Assembly (NCBI GenBank): GCA_965285935.1
Contig: OZ260666.1
Span: 26,846,001 to 26,910,000 of the forward strand
Direction: 5' to 3'
Source of the DNA: Ophelia neglecta
Lineage: Eukaryota
DNA: 64,000 nt
The position numbers and the translations under genes were made by a program. Below, piece by piece: positions 37,501-52,038 of this stretch; within the stretch, counting starts at the first letter, position 1, and the number at the start of each line of letters is the position of its first letter. The notes beneath the pieces were generated by a model. The model was given only the letters and a program-made list of their open reading frames with translations, was not told where the DNA came from and did no database searches.

Positions 37501-40500
37501 AAGAAGAATTTGTGCGGCAATATCTGTTTCTTTGTACCCGCTACTTATACCGATAAGCGAGTAAAGAAACTTTATTGTTATATTCAAACAACAGTGCATA
37601 TGAATAAATCATTGCGTCTCAGCAATTGGGACTCACTGTGCTGTGGCCTACCTGAACAATCCTCGTATTTCCGTTTTCTCGCATCTGTTTTATCTGTTGT
37701 AAATAATAAGATAGAACATCGAATAAAACTGTTTGCGAAAGTTTCACCTTTTTGTGTGATGTGGTCTGAATCCTTTCTAAAATTATTAGTGTTGAGTCTA
37801 AAATCGCCATTATATAGTCTATCTGGAAATCTTATCTAAGAAACAATGTTATCAATGTACATGTTTGATTATCAAGCTTGAAATAAACCAGCATAAATAT
37901 TGATCCAAATCGTCGATGTCCCCTTAACAGTCGATTGGTATCATCCGTGCTGGCGTGTTATCATTAACTCATCTTTTGTTAGTTGAACTATGACATTTTC
38001 GCCTAAATCGCACCAGCAAGCTATACAATTTTATTTCCTGGCCTAGCAATGGAAACTTGCCCAATAACGGTACACACGCTCATGATGTTATTAAACTATC
38101 ATCGGATGTTTGTACGCTGAGGATGTTTTTATCATATTGGAATGACAAACAATAAATTAAGAATGGCCCCATTCGCGCTTGCACCTGTTAGGGTACTTAA
38201 TCACGCCAGCTGCCAGGTCTCAGACGCGCCGAAATCATAAATTATATTTTACTTTCAATGCGGCTCAACACCGAACACCAACTCGAAATAGACTATATAC
38301 GATATAGTAAAATTCGTTGCACTGCACAAGGAATATGTAAGCCTTAATATAAGTTACTTACATACCATTTGTTTATATACATATTAAAATTACTTGCTTA
38401 CAGATTTTATTCATTTCGGTGCGAAAGTCACACAAATAAACATATCGATTCCTATATCAATTTTATTGAACTAAACATTAAAACTACATTGACTCATTAC
38501 TTTCATCCTTGGCCAGTCACCATGCAACTCCCCAATTATCGGCGGTAAGTTGCCAGCATAATTGGTTCTAGATTATTGATAAATTTGTAATTCGAAGGTG
38601 ATTTCAAACAGCAGATGTCGATAATGTATTGGATAAAGTTTCATCAAAATTATGAAGAAAAAAATGTAAACAGTATTTAGATACAGGGCATATCTGCGTT
38701 ATTATCTAGGGTGGGTTTTCTTGAGCGGAAATGATCTCGATCATCGCACAATTTAGACCTACTTTCCATGCAGACTATTCGCTACCGATCATCAAGTGTG
38801 TTGAATAAAAACCGGGTATCATTAGTCACTGCCATTGACAGGAAACGGTTTGATGTTTTAAAACACAAGACAGTTTGCCAACCAAATATAAGGTTTCATT
38901 TGGGGGCAGGAAAGTTGTGATTCCTTTCATCCCCACATACAATATATGAATCTGAATACAGCTAATAGCTGTTACACTGTTAATTGCTAGCAACAGAAAA
39001 GTGTATTTTCTACAGAAGAGTGCAATCGGTTTGGTGCTCTTAAAAGCCTTTAAGGGAGGCATGCATTTCAAAAAGCTTACCCGCACAATGCTGCCTTCAT
39101 CTTCTCTTGACCTTTCTGTTTAATACAGCAATTAGTGAGTACCCTTTTAAAAGTTCATTTATCACAGTGATTTCTTCATTTAGAATAAAGATCAATGGTG
39201 ATTACTGTCTCGATTGTCACCGCATAAAAGAGAAAAGGTCAGTACAATGTTCATGTTCGTGTTTTGGTTGCTAATCAATCAAGATGTGAACATTAATGAA
39301 AGATCGAGTGGTTACCAACTAAGATTTAATGACTTGGTTTGAAAGATTACCTTTATAAGGAGCATCGGCTCCCTTTCAGTGCGATTATGTTAATCGAAAT
39401 TAATTTTCTTTACTCATAAATGTGCATTAAATATGTTTTTTTTTGTGTGAAAAAAAGCATTTTCTCCTTACTTGATTACTTTCCTTTCTAGATACCAGTA
39501 GTAAACAAAAATTATATGTTTTACCAGCAGACCCTTGTTGATTGCTAGTTTACTAAGTCAATTTCTTTTCGATAAATGTAGCAGAAGAGAGACAGGAAGG
39601 ACAGAAGACAGGCTATTTAGCAACCTGTTAAAAGCTGAACGTCTGTTGTTTACATTCGACAATAACACTCTAGCTTTCCCATTCCCTAATTCAATTTATA
39701 AATTGTTTTTGGAGTCACACACCTTATTTTTTGTGTCCCTTGGCTTTACTTTTTTATCCAGACTAGCTTCATCAACATTCTTAGTTTGCAACTAGATCAC
39801 TTTACTGTGCTACTAATTTACTAATTAATGAATGTTAACTCCAGATTTGGATAAAATCATCAGGCACCTTCCGCCGCAGACCAACAAATATCAATCTCCA
39901 TGTTCCCCGGAAGAAGGTGACGTACTGCACATTAAGCATAGTATAAAAGATAGTGTTCTTGAAAATAAAATAAAGAAGTGTTCAACTGCAAGACCAAAAG
40001 CGACAATGTATTAGTTCAACCATTTTTGTCGATTTTCCTTTACAAAGACGTTCGTTGAAAGTAATTAAGAAATGTGAGTTTCAATAGAAATGCCAGACGC
40101 CAGAATATTGAAAAGTATAAAAACACACTTGAACAATGTTGAACGGTAATGTATTTCTGACACTATTGGCAGTACTAAATCATTACACAAATATCAAAAC
40201 AATAATGAGGGAGTGCTATCTATCAGAATTCTGACATGACACGGGGCCCAACGTTGTCAGTTGACCTTGTGAGCCGTTGTGAGTACTCGCAATTCGTAAG
40301 AATTGGCCAAAGCAAACAGCCTGGAAAAATGGACCTACAATGACCTACAGTAGGGAATGGGGAGCAAGCGTGAATGAGACGCCGGGGGCCATGTGCACAC
40401 ACGTATAGGTTGTTCCTTCAGCTTCGAAGGTAAACCTGTTATCTCGAGTGCTAGCAGAAGCTGCTACTGGCATGAGAGAGATAAATGACCCTGTACGCTA

Positions 40501-43500
40501 AGGTTATAAAATGGAAAAGTTAGCTCTCTGGATAAAACGAAATTGTCTGAAAAGTATACGGACTTGAGAGTTGTGCTGTTATATAGCATACGCGCATTTA
40601 TACTATATATTTGCTTGACTGCGTGTTAGTAAGCGCCAAACATCAAATGATATTAATCTAACTTAGAATTTTCATATGATTAGCTATTTCTCCTAACAGA
40701 CATTCCCCGATGGATCCGTTTTACGTGTGTACCGGCGAGGATGGTCTATCCAATCAACTGGTAACCTCTAGCCATGAGAATCCAGATTAGGTTAGTCGTA
40801 TTGTTATGCACCAACACCAACTGAAAAAGTAGGTCTTTTGATTAAGCCTCAATGTACTGATACTTTGCGTTTTATCGTGTGCTTTTTCAGTAATGCCAGC
40901 ATTGTTTGTTTACGCATATATTTAAACACGCGGGTGTTGATTTAAACTGGGTTCAGTTTATCTTATCACATTGACAATGGTCTCCTATTGACCCGCATCA
41001 TTGCAATTTCAATATCAAGGGGTAATTTGACTGTCAAATTGCGCGTCGCCCTTCAAACAGAGATCTAAGTGAATGTTACATCGACAGTCATCATTATTTG
41101 CCGTCTTTTAAACCGATACGCACTGTATCATTGGCAAAATGAATTGTTTTGTCAATAAACAACGAATATGATGCCAATGAAAAGCGCACTGTCATGCCAT
41201 ATTTGATTTAACATAAAACCATGTATAACCAATAAGCCTGAGATTTGTCAATAGAGAATTTTTGCATGATTTTAAAGGTTCTAGACAAACATACAGTGTG
41301 TTTAACTAGCTGAATTCTTTGTCGCTGGATTGCTCTGTACACAGCCCTACAGAAGAATACTAAAGAAATTGTGAATACGAATCAATATCAATATTCGTGT
41401 GGACTAATTCTGCTAAATTTCTTGGCAATAATTGAATGCGATCATCTTAAGAACTCAAGAACAATTTCCTCGAAGGCAGTGCCGTGGTAAGGCACGTCAG
41501 AAGCAGGAGTGGCCGTTTTAAACGCACCGTTAAATAGCGAACAATTATTTCTCTGGAAGAACAAGACAGCACATTACTTCTATGAATTACAACTTGTCGG
41601 CTATCGCTCTGGGGCGCCTAACCGCCAAGCTACTAGTAAAGTGCAGAAAAAGTAAAAACGTGTCTTGTTTTATGAATGGCTTATTCCGCTGAAGCAGACA
41701 TAACACATAATTTGTTTCACAGGTGATATTTGCAATGAACGGTTGCGGTTGTACACATATATATGAACAGCGCGCTTTTGCATGCCTGTTGTCTTTACAG
41801 TGTTGGCCTCACACAGCTTAAAATCTGAAGCAACATATGTTATAATCACCAACAGATAATTTATCCCGGAGGCCGGAAGACAAAGACCTAATCTACAACC
41901 AAACAATGCTCTTTATGTAATTATTTAGAATCTCATTTTTAGGTAGTTTTACACGAATATTTCAAGGAATTACACCTCTTGGGAACTAACCAAACAAATA
42001 CAGGCAAAAATCAGTCTGACATACGAACAAAGGACAAACAAACGACTGGTTCGTAGAACACCATTAGGTAATGCGAAAATTCCCCAACCAAAGACATGGG
42101 TGACATACTATGTATTATGATGCCCAGGAATCGGTCGGGTCTCTCAGTTGACCCGCCAACCCCACAACCATCCCCCGCCAAGGAAAATTGGGTTCATAGT
42201 AGCATTAACCTGTGTGATAGATTACCCTCTTGGCACCATATGGCTGTATCATCCACGTCGCTTTATCAGATCAACCGATCAATAGAAGGTGAGGAAATTT
42301 ATCGCTCAGGATCAAGGCGTTTAACATCTACGTTTAGCTAGCAGTCCTTTCTAGCCCTGGTAAATATTGCCACACATAAAGTTTGGGTTCTTAAATATTC
42401 AGCTCACAATTCTTAATAATTTATAAAAGAATAAGAACCCAAAATTGTGCTTCGTTTAATACATTGTATATGCATATGTACTATAAAATACACATGCCCT
42501 TCTGCAAGCCGCTACACATAAGAAATAAATAATATTGGCTATGGGCATATTAATTTGAAACAAATATAGCAGAAAAGAATGTACTTTATCGTACAAACCA
42601 ATTTTGAAGCCCAAAATAATGAGGAGTGGTCAAATTATGTACATTCAATTTTGATGGTTTATACTATTTCGCTATAGGTCCAGTGGTACTTGCAGAGCTT
42701 AATTCATTTTGTCTTTCATGGGATTGTGTATGCGTTAAAAAATTTAGAGGGTCCTTCAGTTGTGCTGCAGGAACACAGCATTTAAATATGAATCAGTGGA
42801 GACAATTAATACAGGATTGTTAAGAAAAATGTTCTGAGGCAATCAAGCAAATAACATATATAAATAACTATGGAATTCTTCTACAAAATAATATGTAAAA
42901 TATATTTCCGGTCAAGATACCGATACTTTGATGGAATCATCAATGAAACGATTTGTATACCAGAGAATGGCCTGGGCAACGTTAATAACATTTCATTATT
43001 CCGTCAAGATGTGCCATTTGTATTTCTATCAATAGTAATGAACTGTCTGTTTGGCCACTCGCTGAAAGTGGGAGTTAATATTCTCTTGTGTGGTACTTCC
43101 CTTGATATCTGTTAACAGATGGGCATGCTAATATATAGCATGATAAAACTAGGGAAGGACTGTCTGAATGCCTCAAGGCACAATCTTGCGTTATTATGTC
43201 GAAAACGTGTATTTTTGGCTCTGAGGAAGAAATATTATTCCATGAAATAGCCGGAAACTTTGCTCGTATAAAGAAAACCAATGGTGATCTGTGCAAAAGT
43301 CTAGCGTGACATATTGAGGCTACCTCAGTTAACATGGTTAATGGCTGTAAGAGGCCATTTACTGGCGTCTGGGCAGCACACAAGCGTGATTTACTTTGTG
43401 ATCAATGTATTAGCTCACATCAGAGGAGCATGGAGGAAAACATGTATATACGAGTTTACATTAACTGATATGTGCGTTGAATAGTTCGTGCATGCTTATC

Positions 43501-46500
43501 AGTAACCAGGTACTAAATTTTCCACATAAACGAAATTGCGTGCACAGCTGTTGTTGATATATTTATAATTTTCAATTTTGTGTTGTTTAGCCAGGTTATA
43601 GCTAGTGTTCATTCGTTCTCATGAGCAGACACTCCTTTGTGTTATGTGCATAATGGCTTCTAATGGAACTACAATTTTCTAATCGAAAACAAATAGTTTC
43701 ACTTGCATTCAGAAAATATACCTGCTGTCTTTATGAATAAATGAATATATCCACTTCAAAGGCCCCACAAAAAATGTAGTATGGCTTCTGCGGTACATAG
43801 TGTTTCCAATGTTTGAATATGTCTATTCATTTTCGGTTCCCTGACACAGGAATTGCTATGTCGTAAAAAAAGCCCCGTCTTTGTTTTGAATATACTTTTA
43901 CCTTGAACAACTTTGTACCACTGACTAGCAGATTTTCTATTTAGATAGATATATGTTAGAATGCTGGTTTGTTTTCAGAATAGAGGAAGATGCATGTGTA
44001 TCTTCCTCGCGGTCATACACGCCAATATATACAAATGTTCTGCTTTTGCAGGGACGTTTGATCTTGTTCAGGCGTTTACATACCAGCATGTCATTTACAC
44101 AACAAGCTTAGTACGAATAACTCATTCGCTGAACATAGCTATTGGTATCATGTGAGTGTATTTATACACAGGACGTGTAGTGGATGTCGACTTCTTCGGG
44201 CAATACTTATTTATTGAAAACATCATTTTTGGTTGCTTCAGGATAAATCTCTAACACTATGGGATATAATAAGAATGTCGAATGAATAAATACTGTCGAA
44301 TACTATTTACAACTATGACTAATCTAGAACTCTACCCGAGTTCGCATGTAATATTTCGCTTGTTAGTTTCGCATGAGAAAAAGTCCCGTCTGAACGTTGC
44401 CCGTGTCGTTCCACGTGTATACTTTTATATAAATTGGTATAAGGGATGAACCCAGGTTGTGCCAAAATATTGTACACAGTGTTTGTTAGAGAATTGTGTG
44501 CAAATGCCTTAATTGTGGAAGAACACAAAGAATAAAACAACTATAGATTAACGTGCCTTGAAAGCGTTCACACATTCACCAGACTGCAATTTTTATACAG
44601 CAAAGAATTTATGTTGTGTTTCACAGTTCTGGTAGACCTGGTTACCTTCCAATAGTTTTGAGTTTTCACATTTCAACAGCATACATCTTGGCTTAATTAG
44701 GCAGACACATATGGGTTCAGGTTTTGTTCTCGGCGAGCTTACTCACGTGACTCTACTTTTCTTCCCCTGACGATAACACACTAGTTAGCTATCTCTTCCG
44801 CAATGCATAACAGTAGGATGAGATTATTTCAGGCACATTCTACAATTTTAGTCAATCGTTCTCCGAGGTTAAAAATGTGTACCCGGATGAAATAGAGTAA
44901 TAAAGGGCACAACACCTTATCTTAGGAGCCAAGCGAATTCTCATTCATGAGGTTACGACCAAGAGTGAGTCGCTATCCAAACACCCTATATATCTCCGCC
45001 CCCTATTTGAACTCCCTACATCAGATTTACCACTCCCTTACCCGCTACCGTCAATATTTAGTTTATGTTTATTAGACAACTATCTGAGAGTCAGTTCAGC
45101 GGCAGTGTGATGAAAGACCGTATCTGGGCAAGACCGAACGAGTATTGAGCGTAAATGTTCAAATAAACAGCGAAAAAAATGCATTACTGACGATAAATGT
45201 ATGTGAGCTTTAAAGCCGTAAAAGTATACCTTTCATTGCGCAAATACAGAAGCGGGATCAAATAAAAGTCAAAAAGGTGTCCATCTGTTTTTGTTTAGAT
45301 TTGAATGGTTCGATTTGTAGGGTGAAAAGCCTAATGGCTACCCAAGTTTACATTACGTCCTGAAGAAAATGCAACAAAAATTGATCAAAGGCATCAGCAA
45401 ATGTCAGGTGATTGCTTATCCAAATGTCAATGACGGCATGATCGATCCCAGAACAATGACCTCCCTGGCTTACAGTCAGCCTTAATCATGTTACCCACTT
45501 TCCCCACAGACACTAATTAGCAGTACCTTGAAATTGTAAATGTTTGTCGAATAGCACTCTTGAAGTGAAGTGCGTTCGTTTATACTGTTTCATTGATCTT
45601 CAACGTACCATGTTAATGCATCCTTCCCGAATGCACTATGCCCATTACTATTATATGGACGTGTGTGTACCGATTGCTATATAGTCACATCATTGCAGTA
45701 ATCATTATTAGTTTCAATATCCTATCCAATGATCATAAATCGGTGTCTGGGTCATATAGTGTCCAAGGCCTAGTATAATTAAAGCTGAATTTGAAACATG
45801 GCATATGTAAACAATTTGAGATAATACCATAGCATGCCAAAATTGTCTAATATATTGTAATATTATACGGCGAATAGAATGTTGTCCAATTTTCAAAGCA
45901 ATATACTATCTTTTATCTCAAAAAGGTAAAACTGGTCTTTAAATACCACTTGTTTATTTTGAGTTAGATGCCATTTTTAGGGTGTTTATATTAAGGTGCC
46001 AGCCAATTGATTAATAACTTGTGTAAAATGCCTAAGAGAATGAGCAACGTAGTCCAACAAAGAGGAGATAGCTTTACCATTGATCGACTTCCTGATCAAT
46101 TCAATGTTGTTTTAGGTGCAGTGGGGAGTATTCACTGTTCGGCAAGAACATTTACTGCTTCTCTTGTGTGAGCAGAATTATCCCTGAACTGTGCTCAATT
46201 CGCCCACGGGAAGTAAGAGCGGCGCCTAAGGCGAGCCTCACTTAAACCGCTTGCCCGCTAAGTCAGATAAACGGTAAAGCATTAGCCTCGAGTCAAGTGT
46301 TTACATTGCTTCCCAACAGTCGCATGGAAAACATACTAGGAATGTGCGAACTGTTATAATAGCAGTTATTTGTTAGGATTGAGGCTTGATTTATCAGTTA
46401 AGGACAGAGGTTAAATGTTCAATGATCACCTTACTATTGTTTAGAAGTGTAGAAAATAACCATTAACCATAACACAAAATGACAAGAAGCGGGAATAGTC

Positions 46501-47589
46501 TGGATCTAAGGTAGACATACCACGCCAAGATAGACATACCACGGTTATTCACATTGGTTCTCCTGGCAATCTTTTCATATGGATTTGTCCAATGTATGTA
46601 GTAATGAAGATAGTGCTGTTCAGGCAGTTTATAATGAAGATCCAAGGGAAATAAAGTCTTCAATTAGTCCCAAAACAGGACGTAGGGTCATGCATCCACA
46701 CAAACTTGAAAAGTAAGTCAATCTTGCTCTCTCAATAAGATCATAATAGCTGTGTTATTATCATTATGAATGTACGAATAAGCCTTGTGAATCACAAGCA
46801 TAATATCCATTGATCTTTTGCAAGAATGCGATCGATGTCTAGGAACAGTCACACTGTTATCCTACTTGTCCTCAGTATCACAGACCGTTAACAGTTGAGT
46901 AAACATTCGTGACTTTAGTACGCCGGGAGCGATACATGAGAATATATACATGGCGGAATGACAAGATAAAACTCATTCTCACTAAATTATGAGAAAATAA
47001 TATAATTAATAAAACCATTATAACCGTTTGGCTAATTATGAAATGGTACAAAATGGTTGTGCATGGTATCCAGCTTTTTAATATATTCCGATGAGTTTTC
47101 CCGTGGCCAAAAAAGAAAAACCACTAATCAGAGCATTTGAGAATCAGTGGTATATGCCCGATCATTGACTTTAACAATAAGTAAGTGTCCTACAAAATGT
47201 ACGTTCTTCGTGCTTTCGGAAAGGGCAATCGTGAAGTTTTCTTTAATAGCAGTAGCTGGAGGCACAGTCACAACCGATCGTGCGATCTTTGAATCATGCC
47301 GATTGGGGTGTGTCCGATCGCAAATGTTTTCTACTATCTCACTTACACTACCATAAAAGTCACTGAAGCAGGTTCAGACGCTAAAGCCCCTTCAATCTAT
47401 TGTTAACATTCTGCTTCATAAATAACAAACCCCGCCTCTTCCGGCACAGTTCTTTCTTCTATAAGGAGAAAATTAAGAGGATTCGCTTTTTATTGTCTAA
47501 CCACAATCATTCTTCAATTAATACCCACCAGGATACATGTTGTTTTGTGTCATTGGGTGCATTGAGCACGGCATCCGAAGATGTGGAGG

Positions 47590-48310
47590 CAAAATCCTTG
47601 GGCTTGATCCAGCACTTACTTGGCTTTTCAAAACGGCAACGTGTGCTGTAATGCCAACTTGTTAATAAACTCTTCATTAACATCTGGGGATGTAACGACT
47701 GCTACGAAGATGCCTGTTGTAGCTTCCCTTGTGAAGAAAACTGGCTTAGGGCCAACAACTTGAATAATTACAGACTTCTGAGCAATTTATCTTTCATCTC
47801 AAAACTCTTCGAGAGATTAGTTGCTGCTCGGCTCCACGCTCACATTTGTACTAACGGTCTGCAGGTGGCTCTCCGGTCTACTCACAATCCTGGATATTTC
47901 AAGGAGACGGCTATGCTCTGATTCAGGACATCCTCTGTGGCAGGTCCCTCAAGGACACGTCCTCGGGCCCGTACTTTTCTTGATATATATGCTGCCCCTG
48001 CGACACCTCAAACACCGCCCTGGGTTTAGCTTGCAAATCTATGCAAATTACTCCCAACTATATCTAGCTTTAAAGACCTTGACAACTTGGTATCTCAGTG
48101 ATTGAACATTTTTTGGTTGTTGTCCAGAAATGGATGACCCACAACTTTCAAAAGCCTAACTCTGACAAGACCGAGATCATAGTCTTGGGAAAGTAACATC
48201 AACTTGCTAATGGAAATGGCTCTCACTTTCAGTGGGAGGCATGATAGTCTTTGATCAAATTGAGCCAGTCTGTACCCTGGGGTTATATTTGACAAATATC
48301 TTACCATAAA
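47590..48310 (+). mobile_element. Degenerate L2/CR1-group LINE reverse transcriptase fragment
   Basis: Frameshifted motifs in order: LDPALTWLFK, INSSLTSG, PLVKKTGL, NNLNNYRLLSNLSFISKLFERLVAARL, VPQGHVLGPVLFLIYMLPL, IYANYSQLYLAL (decayed YADD), WMTHNFQKPNSDKTEIIVLG, LGVIFDKYL. Confidence 0.93.
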
Positions 48311-50117
48311 CGACGCTCGAGTGTGGTGAAGTCAAACACATTACAACTTATTGGTATTACTGAATGTAATACATAAACATCGAATTGTTTAAATAACCAT
48401 AGGTAGCCGAAGTATCTTTCCTGGTTGGGTACATGCTTTTAAAGACTGAAATGCGATGAATCGTACAGATAACTATAGATGTGAGTATTCAAAATGAAAG
48501 GAAATATATAAACTCCATAGCAAACATATTAGTTTTGAATGATATAGGAATTTGGAAGGCGTCTTAAATGTGTTAAAGTGTTCTGCTGTTATAAGCGCTT
48601 TTCCCCTTCGCCGTGCCAAGCTTTACCTGAAATTGACACTCGAGCTAGATTTATAATATAAGGGCTTCTTCGGAAACCACACATAGTTGGTATCTGTTTA
48701 GTGCCTGGTTAATGTAGCCTAATACCTAGTGTCGTCTGGCATGTGATTGACGTAGAAGCACGTTCATAGCTTGCCTAAATGTATCTGCTTTATTCCAATA
48801 TAACTTACCGCTTGAGGCATATCTGTGTCACTCTCTTTTCGTCTCGAAGTTTCAGGTATTTTCCCATGTGGACATTTTGTAAAACACCAAAAGGGACCTG
48901 CTCAATAATTTGTTTTGTAGCTTGACGGAGGAAAAAACGGGTTTTCAAGCATCCGAAGTGAATATTCACTTAGAAAAAGTTAAGTATTCCCTGAACCACA
49001 TATGGTAATCGTTTGAAACATTCCATATTGGTTAATGTTTAAATATCAACAGGTGCCATCAGTATCCACAAACCATTACCAAATGTCAACATTTATTCCT
49101 TTCATGACAAAAGAACTTGGCAAAGACAACGGAGAAGTACTTAAGCTTCCAGGACAAGGTAGTCGATTCAACACGCTTACTTGGTCTAGAGGTTTTTGTA
49201 ACACATCCACGAGAATTCCACAATAATAACTTTGTCAATCTACTGTCTTAATCAATAGAGAACAGTCCATAAAATCCGCCCGAAATCATGGAGAGCCAGC
49301 AGCCATAGCCCAGTTTGTGTTGCCAAATAAAGTTAATGAAAACATAAATTTGGTATTATTTACATTAAGAATTAGTCACCAATTTTCCTCGATGCGGGCA
49401 GGAACATAAAACAAACGTTCAGTGGTCAAAGTAGGACGGGGTTGAATGGTGTTTTATTAATGATGAATTAATGTTGCTGTGTCTGCCGGGTTCCCCCCAT
49501 ATATTACAAGCACACATTTGTAAAGCCAAATATTCGCCGTTGTTTTTCATTTCCATATTTAATAAATAGAAGGTTTAATGGCAATGAAGTAAATCAACTT
49601 CATTGACTTACCCTGAATTATATAAGTCAACCGTCATTAGAAACTTGTGAGCAAGACGAATAGTATGTAATAATATTTCTATTGTTAAGTATTTAATAGC
49701 CGATACTAATAGTCTCGCTGTCTAACGACGAACGGAAATAAATTTAAATAATTTGCTTCCACACAAACCTATACGTTTATTATATTTTCACATTCTACAG
49801 GACAATACTATGACCAAATGACATATTGGCTTATATTCCGTTACATGTCTGTTTGTACATTATGTACGGCCTAGTTGTTCGTTCTCGTACAATTCGATAA
49901 TTTTTGTAGTTGTTAATTGTTGTTTTTTTTTGTTATGTTACATTAAATTTGCTCTCTTTTTTATGTAATTTCCGTTGTAGGCTTTTCATTCAAATGGGGT
50001 AATAAAGCTAACAATAATAATTGGTTTTCGCTACTAAGTCTGGTATTGTTTTTAAATCACTTTTTGTTGAAAAATAATGAAAGTTTGTTGTATAAAGTAG
50101 CAGTTATGATACTTTAG

Positions 50118-50178
50118 TGGGTTTTACATGGCTTTCAACACTTATATGGTCATATCGTCATGGTGCCTACTTGTGACC
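50118..50178 (-). mobile_element. Possible SINE 3'-end fragment
   Basis: gggttttacatggctttcaacacttatatggtcatatcgtcatggtgcctacttgtgac resembles the reverse-complemented tail of lophotrochozoan SINEs (from memory). No tRNA head is seen. Confidence 0.35.
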
Positions 50179-50240
50179 GTGGTTTCACACTATAGAGTGG
50201 TTTCACACTATAGAGTGGTTTCACACTATAGGGTGGTTTA
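50179..50240. repeat. 18-bp minisatellite, ~3.4 copies
   Basis: gtggtttcacactataga x2, then gtggtttcacactatagg, then gtggttt. Confidence 0.95.
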
Positions 50241-52038
50241 AGTGTGAAGTGTGTGGAAGGGGCAAATCACACATTTGATAAGAAAAATAGAATATTTTTT
50301 ATCCACACCTTGGCTTTGCGCAAGTCTTCTCTCTCTCTCTCTGAAGTGATCAGCAACCGGCCCTACACTTCACACTCTTCTTTACCCATTCAAGATTGCT
50401 AAATACACAGTTGTTCATCAGCCTTGGTTTCATATTGGAAACAATATATATTAAAATGTTAGCCAGAAAACCTGATGTTCTATAATGTTATTTTATTCTA
50501 TGTTTGCGCTCTTTTGTTGTACTTCTCTATATATCTGAGCGTTTTTATGTCGTGCTTCCGATTGAAAGCAGAACACTTAGTTGAACTAGCGACGCCATTT
50601 TCTAGAGATAAGCCGCAGGGCCGAATTTTTGAGAAACAAATTACAAGCAAGTTAGATTCTTTAAGCAGGATTTCTGGTGGTTTTGCCAAGTTTGTTTTAG
50701 GTGGGTAGTGTTTTACTCCAGGCACAGATATTTACTTACGGCGAAATTAATCGGCTGCATCTTAACTAATGTTAAAAAATGCTGTTGCAATCTACAGGTA
50801 ATCGGCCGCTACTAGACGCTGTGAAATCAAGTTATTGATTCAATTATAGTTGAGTGCTTTTGCGCTGCAGGAAATAGCTTGGTTGGCTCTAGCGTGGAAA
50901 GACATACAAGGCCCCTGTGCAAGCATGATGCCTGGAATGCACAACCTGAGAGTAAATGAGGTTTTTGAATATTACATTTGTTGGTTTATTCATGGAAAAG
51001 AATTCCTTGGTTGAGTCAAATTTTGAAGTGTAAGATTAAGACAATTATCCTTATTACGCAATGATATATTCACTTCTAAAACAGCCCCCCCCCCCCCTCC
51101 AACCCTTATAAATATGAATATACGCCGGAACGAGACGCATGGGTGCATAGTCCCTGTGGAATCCCGCTCTTAAGTCATGAGCATGGTTTGTAAAGATTAG
51201 AACACATGTTTCTCATCGCAAAGATGCGTTTCACAGAGCTGGTCTGTCGATGCCGGTCTAGTACTGCTAGGACGGCCTGCGCCCGTGTGCTTTTGTGTAA
51301 ACTCCGCTATTCATGGTACTAGCACAACATACTTTCATTTGATTCAAAGTACTTCTCAGGTTGGCTTAACAACGTCAAACCATACAATCCCGTAATCATA
51401 TGCACTGCCAGTCAATGCCGAAATCTGGCTGTTTTGACAGAAACACATATGATGAAAGAATGTGCTATTGTGCGATAAAAGCATCATGTAACAAGAACTA
51501 TCCAGCAGACATAATAGGACCAGGCAGACAGATCATAAGACTGAATACGTTGGCTGAATATTGCGGCGTTGGCACTAATTAGTTTGTCGAATATTATTCA
51601 AAGCGGCGACAGACCGAAAGAACATTACAACAATAATATTGTTTTAACTTTATATATTGTATGATTTAAAAGCACTGTCAAGATCAAAAGTAGGCCAACC
51701 GATCAAAAGAGCGCTCTTTATAATATTCATTTATAAAGGCCTTTGGCACATTCTAAGAACGCTGTTGCTTTGTTTTCCCTGGTCACTGTGCTTTGCGCGG
51801 ACAACAGTGTCAGTGAGCAGGAGCGCAGGCTGAACTGTCTGGCCATAGACCTAATTAGTTTACTGTGATTGGTTCGATTGTCTGGTATCATTCATCCTGA
51901 TCCTATGACCTGCTAGCATATATACTGAGATTATCTTACAATGCGTTGTGATTCAGAATAATAGTTGTATTGCAGGAACTACATCCTTTAAAGCACTTTA
52001 TAAGAGGTAATGTATCCTCCATAATGCAATGTATGTAG

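Noticed and set aside
37417-37839. Longest ORF in the track (140 aa)
   Set aside because: TTG start, background composition, includes a TA-rich microsatellite, no domain.
50179-50240. Direct repeats considered as a CRISPR array
   Set aside because: No spacers, no cas genes, eukaryotic context.
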